From Paramicrosporidium saccamoebae KSL3 (Eukaryota > Fungi > Cryptomycota), in the NCBI GenBank assembly GCA_002794465.1, contig MTSL01000205.1:1357-19377 (forward strand): a stretch of 18,021 nt of DNA, read 5' to 3'. A model generated the notes under the pieces. It had not been told where the DNA came from, searched no databases, and was given only the letters and a program-made list of their open reading frames with translations. Shown piece by piece: positions 8,954 through 15,809 of the stretch. The position numbers and the translations under genes are program-made. The first letter of the stretch is position 1, and each line of letters starts with the position of its first letter.

Positions 8954-9886
8954 ATGAAAGTGTCACTTGCACTTGTATTGTCGGTCCTCGTGGTGGTTGG
9001 TGCTGATAAAGAAAAGAGAGAGTTGCGTGCACAATTGGCTGCTTGTAGAAGAGGCTGTGGGATAGGAGCCGATCCCATGCAATTCCAAACGATGCCAATA
9101 GGTGGACCTCCAGCTATTGGGGGAGGCCCACAGATGATGGGTGTACCTTTGCCTCCTCCTCCTCCGATGGGCGGACCTCCTCCCCCGATGATGGGTGGAG
9201 CTTTGCCCCCTCCTCCTCCAATGATGGGAGGTGTGCCTTTGCCCCCTCCTCCTATGATGGGGGGTCCTCCCCCGATGATGGGCGGGCCTTTACCTCCTCC
9301 TCCCATGATGGGGGGTCCTCCTCCTCCTATGATGGGAGGCCCTCCTCCTCCGATGGGTGGTCCTCCCTTGATGAGGGGTGGTCCTCCCCCACCTCCAATG
9401 ATGGGCGCTCCGCCCGTCTTCAAGACTTCGGGATCTGCAATTCCTAGAAAGAAACGACAAACTGAATCCGGATCAAATCCCACAGGTGGGGGTGGACCCG
9501 ACATGAACGCCTTAATGCGTCGGGCACAAGAAAGTGCTGCGCGTAGGGCTGCAATGGCTGAGGCGGTTCAGGAGGACGACCAAATGGGCTTTGCTGACCG
9601 CGAGGCCGAGATCCAACGTCAGCAACAGGAGATTGCTGCCCAACGACAGAGAGCCCAAGAAATTAAGCTTCAGCGGGAGCAACAGGAACGAGCTGAACGG
9701 CAGGCCCGCATGGCAGCAAGACAGCAGGCTCAGAATGCCGCACAAGGAGGTGCACCACCTCCCCAAACAGCCCGCCGATGGGGCAGAGGGGCAGCTGCTC
9801 CGCCCCAACAGCCTCAATGGCAGGGGGGAGGTGAATCGGAGTTTGAGAGAAAGATGCGAGAAAGACAGATGCGTCAACAGGGTTAG
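8954..9886 (+). CDS. Orphan secreted polyproline protein, 310 aa, with Ena/VASP-like motif order
   Basis: Long ATG ORF. It has an N-terminal hydrophobic signal-like segment MKVSLALVLSVLVVVGA, about 10 (L/G)PPP(PP)MMGG-type units, a basic patch, GGGG-DMNALMRR, a Q/E/R coiled-coil-like stretch, and the tail SEFERKMRERQMRQQG. Confidence 0.85.
   Translation: MKVSLALVLSVLVVVGADKEKRELRAQLAACRRGCGIGADPMQFQTMPIGGPPAIGGGPQMMGVPLPPPPPMGGPPPPMMGGALPPPPPMMGGVPLPPPPMMGGPPPMMGGPLPPPPMMGGPPPPMMGGPPPPMGGPPLMRGGPPPPPMMGAPPVFKTSGSAIPRKKRQTESGSNPTGGGGPDMNALMRRAQESAARRAAMAEAVQEDDQMGFADREAEIQRQQQEIAAQRQRAQEIKLQREQQERAERQARMAARQQAQNAAQGGAPPPQTARRWGRGAAAPPQQPQWQGGGESEFERKMRERQMRQQG
9128..9414 (+). repeat. Coding tandem repeat encoding polyproline-MMGG units
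   Basis: Recurrent CCTCCTCCT..ATGATGGG(C/T/A/G)GG blocks. Confidence 0.85.
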
Positions 9887-9995
9887 TACTGATTATTGGC
9901 CCAATAAAAAATCATTCATGTAGAATGACTGTGATTGGTCCGAATACTAAACAATAGTTTCAGGTTTTGTTGGTGCGTTCATTAGTGGATGGAAC

Positions 9996-10856
9996 ATGAG
10001 CACGATGCTGATGTCACAAGACCGCACTAGTACCATCCTTGACGAGACCGGCTACCGTCGACTCTCCATCCAACAGCCATGGAACACGGTTTGGCAGCGT
10101 CGCAAGTTGAGCAAGAGGAAGCTCCGTCAGTTCTTTGGACGATCAGCTCCCGTGGATGTCTCCCCTGATGACATTGAAAAGTACGGCTTGCCGGCCCTAC
10201 TACAGAGTAATGTTCCATTATGCTACTTTCTCTACTCGCTCTTGGAACAGTTTAGCTCTGAAAATCTCTTCTTTTACCTGGAGGTGGAGCAGTTTCAAAC
10301 ACACGACTTTGCCTCCCGGGATGAGCTAAGAAAGACGGCTCTGCAACTGTACCGTGCCTTTATCAAGAGCAACAGCGACTTTGAGGTAAACATTGATTCG
10401 GCCATTCGGAAACCGGTCCGGCAGGCCATCGACAAGTACGACGCCACTTGCTTTGACTGCGCCAAGGATCACATTCAACGACTGATGGAGCCATGCTACA
10501 TGACCTTTATCACCAGCTCCATCTACCAAAAGATGCTTTGCAATCTCAAGGGCAAAGCTATTCCCTACGACGAAGCGACTCGTGAGACGGCCATCAATGT
10601 CCTGGTGGAGTATTTGGATAGCCACATGCCCGTCAATAGTGAGCACAAGACTGGCATGTCCAAGGAGACGCAGCGTCGGAACAATCTGATCAGAGCAATG
10701 ATCCATGCGTTCTGTCAGACAAGGCTGCATTTGGACTTTTACGATACGGAGGGGGGAGAAACTGTGGAGATGACACCAGAAAAGGTGCTGCCTCCGCAGG
10801 ATTCGCAGTCACAGAATCAGGAAACGGACATGTCCCGATTGATACAAATGAAATAG
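9996..10856 (+). CDS. RGS (regulator of G-protein signalling)-domain protein, 286 aa
   Basis: RGS-box pattern FLYSLLEQFSSENLFFYLEVEQF..A..LY..FI..S.FEVNID..IR..FD.A...I..LM..CY..FI.S.IYQ. No DEP or transmembrane segment is evident. Confidence 0.85.
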   Translation: MSTMLMSQDRTSTILDETGYRRLSIQQPWNTVWQRRKLSKRKLRQFFGRSAPVDVSPDDIEKYGLPALLQSNVPLCYFLYSLLEQFSSENLFFYLEVEQFQTHDFASRDELRKTALQLYRAFIKSNSDFEVNIDSAIRKPVRQAIDKYDATCFDCAKDHIQRLMEPCYMTFITSSIYQKMLCNLKGKAIPYDEATRETAINVLVEYLDSHMPVNSEHKTGMSKETQRRNNLIRAMIHAFCQTRLHLDFYDTEGGETVEMTPEKVLPPQDSQSQNQETDMSRLIQMK

Positions 10857-10963
10857 TATAACAATTGTCACTAAATCTTTTGCTTTACCAATATGCATAG
10901 TCTAACCAAGAGTCGTTTTATTACAACATCAACCCCCATTGCCATTGCCTCGGCCCTGGCCTC

Positions 10964-11500
10964 ATGGCGTCCAAGGAGGAGCGAATCTTGCAAGAGTTTA
11001 ATATTGACAATTGTCGAGTCTGTATCGACATTAACCAGTGGCGCGACAAGGCCCAGAAGCTTGCCTTTTCCATCCCCAAAGCCAACACTGCTGCGGCAGC
11101 GGGGATTCCGGCGGTAGCTGTTGCAGCATCCACCCAGGATTCTGCGGCTACAGCATCAGTCCAGGATTGCCCTCCAGATAGCCTCGCTCTTGGCCGTGCA
11201 ACATGGACTTTTCTTCATACCATGGCTGCATATTATCCAGAGCAACCCAGCGTGCAGCAACAGTCTGAAATGTCGCGTTTCATGCATCTTTTTTCAAATT
11301 TCTATCCATGCGGATACTGTGCCCAGCATCTTCAGCAGGAGCTCAAGACAGCACCCCCCACTACCGACTCAAGGTGGGGATTGTCGCAATGGCTATGTAA
11401 AATTCACAACGAAGTAAATGAGCGGCTTGGGAAGCCGTTATTTGATTGTACCCGGGTGGATGAACGATGGAGGGATGGTCCCAAGGATGGCTCGTGTTAG
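10964..11500 (+). CDS. ERV1: FAD-linked sulfhydryl oxidase Erv1/ALR, 178 aa
   Basis: N-terminal shuttle motif CRVC, LGRATWTFLHTMAAYYP, redox-active YPCGYC, and WLCKIHNEVNERLGKPLFDC..ERW. Confidence 0.96.
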   Translation: MASKEERILQEFNIDNCRVCIDINQWRDKAQKLAFSIPKANTAAAAGIPAVAVAASTQDSAATASVQDCPPDSLALGRATWTFLHTMAAYYPEQPSVQQQSEMSRFMHLFSNFYPCGYCAQHLQQELKTAPPTTDSRWGLSQWLCKIHNEVNERLGKPLFDCTRVDERWRDGPKDGSC

Positions 11501-11748
11501 TTATCGTTAGAGGTTGTAAACAAGAATAGCCCGTATTAGTTATAACTAGGGACTGTAAACAAGAATAGCTTGTGAGCAAGAATGGTTTATGTGATTAGCT
11601 ATAATAATGAGACACTTTGTATATAGTGGCTAGCTGTAAACCTCAATGTTTTGTAAACAAGAACGGCTCATGTGATTAACTATATTGAGACACTTTGTAT
11701 ATAATAGTTTGTGTGATTAGCTATAAACTTTGATACCTTGTAAACAAG
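11483..11748. repeat. Compound repeat: two 39-bp units then rearranged 33-36-bp duplicates, with four TGTAAACAAG
   Basis: 39-bp units at 11483-11521 and 11522-11560. Near-duplicate TGTGATTA(G/A)CTATA..GAGACACTTTGTATATA at 11590-11625 and 11671-11703. TGTAAACAAG at 11515, 11554, 11652 and 11739. Confidence 0.85.
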
Positions 11749-11814
11749 GTTGGCCATTGGTAAATTCTATTGGCTTGGCTCGAAACAATTCCTTATCAAA
11801 TAAAACCCATCAAC

Positions 11815-12063
11815 ATGTACGACTGCCGCATGGCTCAGATGATAGGGCGAATTGGTCTGATGGTGGCATTTGTCTTTTTGCTGGCGGCCATTCTGGCTGA
11901 GCATCAGTCGGCCAGTCCTCCGTCTGAAGACGATTGCGTAATGTGCATAAAAATGATTCCAATCTGTCATTGCAACCCCAATGAACGCTGTGTAATCACT
12001 CGACAGACGTGTAAGCGCTGTGCCGAGGCCATCTGTATCCCGGGGGAACAATCAACCCGTTAA
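11815..12063 (+). CDS. Small secreted 8-Cys protein, Opy2 N-terminal-like cysteine-rich domain (start could be 11815/11830/11839/11860)
   Basis: Hydrophobic LMVAFVFLLAAILA followed by C-x2-C-x6-C-x-C-x5-C-x6-C-x2-C-x4-C including QTC..C, which resembles the fungal Opy2 cysteine-rich region. Confidence 0.72.
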   Translation: MYDCRMAQMIGRIGLMVAFVFLLAAILAEHQSASPPSEDDCVMCIKMIPICHCNPNERCVITRQTCKRCAEAICIPGEQSTR

Positions 12064-12089
12064 GGAAGTCGTAAACAGGCTAGCGCGCC

Positions 12090-13219
12090 ATGACGGTACC
12101 GGACACTGGAGAGTACGCCATTGGGGAGGCTGACGGTGTAGACGGCGATTGGAGCTGATAAACGCCACGCCCCGACAACACCCGCAACGGACGAGCATTC
12201 AGCATTGGCAACTCCGAGACCTGATTGCTGTGGCGTCGGAGGAGCCCCACCAGGTGCTGGCCGTCTACCATTCCCAAGTGAGTGCGTGGAACACCCAACG
12301 TCGGACGGTATGTTGGTTGGGGTGCTGATGATAGGCGGCGCATGTTCTGCGGGATTTGAGTTTCCAACCAACCTGTCTGACCACAGCGGCAGGCTATGTG
12401 GCCGTCGGAGGACAACGCAGTCAGGTGGTGGTGAGGAGTCTTGGCAATGATTGGTATGCGGCGCATGACATGGCCACTAAGGTTCAGGATGGCTACTACT
12501 ACCGTTGGCGGAGCCATTAACAATTGCGTCCACATTGCAGAACACACTGGACAGGTCCGACTGTTTGTCTGCAACAATGACGAGACTATCAAGATTTTCA
12601 ATCTGCCCACCATGGAACATGTGTTCACTCTGCGTCTAGACACGGCTGTCAATGGAGGTACCCATTGAATGCGTCGTAGATGTGTGTAGTCTCAGTCAGT
12701 CCGGATGGCACAAAGATGGTGGCAGTAGGAGACACCAATCAAGTTTTTGTCTACAACATTAGTCGTCAGGGCCAATATGAACTAATTCAGACGCTGAACA
12801 CGGTAAAGGATGCCGGCTTTTCCTGTGCTTGGGATCATTCTTCCACAAAGTTTGCCGTTGGATGTCAAGACGGCTTTGTCTGTCTGTGGGATGTGCGACG
12901 GTCAAAGCGCCTGACTCAACTGACCAGTCAACAGACAAACGGACGAGGCGCTGTTCGGTCCGTCAAGTTTTCGCAGTCCAGTTCGCTTGATCTGCTCGCC
13001 TTTACAGAACACACATCCTTTGTCAATGTCATTGACGCCAGGACATTTGAGACGCGTGACATTCTTAGGATCGGCACTCCCACCGCGGAACTTAATCTGA
13101 CGGGTCTTACTTTTTCATCCGACTCGCGCAGTATATTTGTAGGCACCGAACAGACCATCTTGGAATATGATGTAAATACACGGAACCGTCGAATCTTTCC
13201 CACCGGTCAGATCATATAA
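12090..13219 (+). CDS. WD40-repeat protein, DUF2415-like; join(12090..12112,12142..12307,12335..12453,12488..12657,12690..13219), 335 aa
   Basis: Four tiny introns (29, 27, 34, 32 nt) yield one frame containing SIQHWQLRDLI, YVAVGGQRSQ, VGGAINN, VCNNDETIKIF, VNGVSVSPDG, FSCAW, FAVGCQDG..CLWDVR and GAVRSVKFS..DLLAFTEH. The family label is from memory. Confidence 0.82.
12113..12141 (+). other. 29-nt intron 1 of WD40 gene
   Basis: GTACGCcattggggagGCTGACggtgTAG; phase 2. Confidence 0.78.
12308..12334 (+). other. 27-nt intron 2 of WD40 gene
   Basis: GTATGTtggttggggtGCTGATgaTAG; phase 0, contains in-frame stops. Confidence 0.85.
12454..12487 (+). other. 34-nt intron 3 of WD40 gene
   Basis: GTATGCggcgcatgacatggcCACTAAggttCAG; phase 2. 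Confidence 0.82.
12658..12689 (+). other. 32-nt intron 4 of WD40 gene
   Basis: GTACCCattgaatgcgtcgtagatgtgtgTAG; phase 1, gives AVNGVSVSPDG. Confidence 0.8.
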
Positions 13220-13273
13220 ACCCAATAAAACACGAAGATGTATCCCGAGTGTATTAGTATGGGTTTGTAAAGG

Positions 13274-13345
13274 TGACAGTTGACAGTTGACTTTAACGTT
13301 CAAATACACGTTCACATTCACACCCAAGTTCACGTCTACGTTAGG
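13274..13345. repeat. Two abutting microsatellites: (TGACAGT)x2.5 and (RTTCAC)x~8
   Basis: TGACAGT at 13274 and 13281. Hexamers gttcaa atacac gttcac attcac acccaa gttcac gtctac gttagg run from 13298. Confidence 0.7.
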
Positions 13346-13421
13346 TTCTTGATCACTATCTCACATATAACAGATAACAGACAAACGTAAAAATAGTTAC
13401 TCTTTCCTTTTCGGTTCTAAC

Positions 13422-14003
13422 ATGACCTCGTACCGTAGGATGAAGGCTACCGACTTGTTCCATCTGAATCCAATGTATTCCGTCATCTCCATCGTTTATT
13501 TTTAGTAATTTGGACGCATACACTGAAAATGTACCAGTCGCATTGGCCATTAATTTTAGTACTATCAGAAATTCTACTTTAACTATCTTTTGCGTTGGCC
13601 CGAATACAACGTCATCGCCACCTCTTTGGACGGTCGACCCATTGGCTATGTCATGGGCAAATCGGAAGGAACAGATTCCAATTGGCACGGCCATGTGACT
13701 GTCCTGACTGTGGCACCCTCTTATCGACGTTTGGGCGTGGCGCGTCAGCTAATGAGGCGACTGGAAGAGGTGAGTGAGGCAGGGCAGATGTGGTTTGTTG
13801 ATCTGTTTGTGCGCATAAGCAATGTGGCGGCAGTTCGAATGTACCAAGGAATGGGATATTCAATATACCGGAGAGTTCTTCAGTATTATTCGGGTCCCGA
13901 GGAGGATGGACTAGATATGAGAAAGGCCTTGTCAAAGGATCGACTAAAACAGTCGATCATTCCACTCAAACACCCTGTGCATGCGTCTGATTTAGATTAC
14001 TAG
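13422..14003 (+). CDS. NAT3: NatB N-terminal acetyltransferase catalytic subunit; join(13422..13474,13506..13530,13560..14003), 173 aa
   Basis: Spliced protein MTSYRRMKATDLFHLNPINLDAYTENYYQKFYFNYLLRWPEY..GYVMGKSEG..WHGHVTVLTVAPSYRRLGVA..FVDLFVRISN..YRRV..YYS..EDGLDMRK is the Naa20 pattern. Confidence 0.95.
13475..13505 (+). other. 31-nt intron 1 of NAT3
   Basis: GTATTCcgtcatctccatcgtttattttTAG; phase 2, restores the conserved INLD motif. Confidence 0.88.
13531..13559 (+). other. 29-nt intron 2 of NAT3
   Basis: GTACCAgtcgcattggccattaatttTAG; phase 0, restores TENY...FY. Confidence 0.88.
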
Positions 14004-14180
14004 ACAGATGGACCATTTATCTGAAAGAGTTTTCTATTTGAAAGGGCTATTATATAGAATGAATCTTATTTGTTTTTGGTGGATTGGATCCTAACAAGAG
14101 TCGGTCGTCCTACTAAAGGATTCTTAACGTTGATTCGTAGAATATCCTAAACACCTGATTCAAGTAATCCACCCACTCGA

Positions 14181-14248
14181 CAAAAATCGATCGTTTCACT
14201 AGATTCGAGTAACATATTCAGTTGGCAAAAATCGGTCGTTTCACTAGA
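14181..14248. repeat. Direct repeat, 2 x 23 bp (CAAAAATCGRTCGTTTCACTAGA), 45-bp period
   Basis: Copies at 14181-14203 and 14226-14248 differ at one base. They lie between the convergent NAT3 and MFAP1 genes. Confidence 0.8.
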
Positions 14249-14386
14249 CTTGAAGAATATGCCCAACTGACCAGAGACAATCGACCATTGTAAATATTTG
14301 AAATTTGACGATTTAGAGCCGGCTCCCACAACTGTCCAATTGGGCATTGATCTGGTTAGCAAATGTACTGTATTATACAATAGACT

Positions 14387-15442
14387 TTATTTGTGCTTGC
14401 TGCGCTTTGAGGGATTGTCCAGATGACCCTTCATGCCGCTCATCTTGGAGACCATTTTGTAATTCATCTCATTCTTCCGCTGGCCCCATCCATAGTCAAA
14501 TGCTGTCGTGTCCTCGCCTACCAAGTGAGTCCACTTTGTGCGTCCCTTCTTTCCAAAATCCCGCACCTGCTTTACTTCGGGCAAAATCTCCCGATTCGCA
14601 CTGGCATCCTCACCCGTGGGCTGGGCATAATCGCGCTGGAGAAGCTTATTGTCATCATCAATGAAAAAGGCGCCCTTGTGGTAGTATTTCTGCATAAAGC
14701 GCATCTGTGATTGCGGCTGTTCCATCCACTCCTTCATCTTTTCCTCATCAAGCTGACGACGCTCCTCTTCGGTCATGTTTCGGATGCGTTCAAGCTCCAT
14801 CTTGTCCCGTTCCCAGCGCTCGCGCTCTTCGCGGTCTCTCTTCACCCGCAAAAGTTCACGAAGCTTCCAACTCTGTAATTCCTCTTCGATGTTAACGTTG
14901 TCGCTGTCATCTACAGTGTCTGGATCAAAATTCGATGCTTCCAGGTCGTCTTTGGTCTCAACCGATGCCTTGTATTCTCGACGAACATGTTCCACAAGCA
15001 GCTCGTGTGCCTCCTTTTGTCGCTCCAACTGATTCTGTTTCCTCTCTTTTGCAACATCCTCTTCGGCGGGAACATTGTGCCGCATATCACGGGTTACAAA
15101 AACGGGCCTCAATAACGGCAATGGCGATGGTCCTTCGTCGTCACTCTCCTCCTCGTCCCAAGACTCTTCTTGTTCTTTGGTGGGTTCAGGTAAAAGCTTT
15201 TGCATCAGTGTCTCCTCCCTCTGCTTTTGCTCCTCTTCAAGTCTCCTCTGGAGGGCGAGTTCTTTCATTTGCTGTCTAAGAACAAGCTGGTCGTCAACTT
15301 TTTGCTCCGTCTTCTCTTTGGTAGCCACACTATACAGGACCTGAGCGACAATCTTGGTACGTCTCGTCGTTGTTGTGGCAGGCGTCGACGTCTTTTTAGC
15401 TGCGGAGAGAGCATTTAGCCGTTGCAGACGTGCGTCCGACAT
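14387..15442 (-). CDS. MFAP1: Microfibril-associated protein 1 (MFAP1/Spp381-like) spliceosome B-complex protein, 351 aa (start uncertain)
   Basis: Motifs LLRPVFVTR, VDDSD..EEE..WKLRELLRVKRDREERE, MRFMQKYYHKGAFF, LPEVKQVRDFGKKGRTKWTHLVGEDTT. Confidence 0.92.
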   Translation of the reverse strand: MSDARLQRLNALSAAKKTSTPATTTTRRTKIVAQVLYSVATKEKTEQKVDDQLVLRQQMKELALQRRLEEEQKQREETLMQKLLPEPTKEQEESWDEEESDDEGPSPLPLLRPVFVTRDMRHNVPAEEDVAKERKQNQLERQKEAHELLVEHVRREYKASVETKDDLEASNFDPDTVDDSDNVNIEEELQSWKLRELLRVKRDREERERWERDKMELERIRNMTEEERRQLDEEKMKEWMEQPQSQMRFMQKYYHKGAFFIDDDNKLLQRDYAQPTGEDASANREILPEVKQVRDFGKKGRTKWTHLVGEDTTAFDYGWGQRKNEMNYKMVSKMSGMKGHLDNPSKRSKHK

Positions 15443-15557
15443 GCTCCTCCACAGATAGTCCCAGCACGAGCCCTGGTGTTGCGTGGTGGGAGTACTACCA
15501 CGGGGTCAATATTTACATTCCTCGCCCCTGACTCTTCATATCTGGAAAAATACCCGA

Positions 15558-15620
15558 CACTCGGCACTCAGCACTTAGCACTCAACACTCAACACTCAAC
15601 ATTTGACACTTAGCACTCAG
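15558..15620. repeat. 7-bp tandem repeat x9 (CACTCAR)
   Basis: cactcgg cactcag cacttag cactcaa cactcaa cactcaa catttga cacttag cactcag, in the divergent MFAP1/SEL1 promoter region. Confidence 0.88.
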
Positions 15621-15731
15621 CAATTGGTTTTGACCGTTAGAGGGCCAGCCAATGATGGCAGGAAGCACTCTTGACACAAAACTCAGCCGGCACCGCCCCT
15701 CCCATTGGTCTGCCCATGTGAAGGCCAATGG
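15621..15731. promoter_or_regulatory. Cluster of CCAAT-box-like motifs upstream of the Sel1-repeat gene
   Basis: ATTGG near 15623, AGCCAATGA 15647-15655, CCATTGGTC near 15702 and GGCCAATGG near 15723. Motif match only. Confidence 0.4.
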
Positions 15732-15809
15732 GAATGCAGCGTTGCTTAACATCTACTCACCCTCCGCCACTCGTCTACACATAAGGCCATTCCAACCTGC
15801 CGATCCAGC

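Noticed and set aside
8875-9504. 209-aa Gly-rich antisense ORF (GGGPPIIGG)
   Set aside because: It is the antisense shadow of the polyproline gene; CCN/ATG repeats avoid stops on the opposite strand.
10964-12063. Functional coupling of ERV1 with the adjacent Cys-rich secreted protein
   Set aside because: The N-terminal CRVC shuttle motif indicates mitochondrial Erv1 rather than ER Erv2, so adjacency is probably coincidental.
14181-14248. CRISPR-like repeat-spacer-repeat
   Set aside because: Only two copies, a eukaryotic context and no cas genes.
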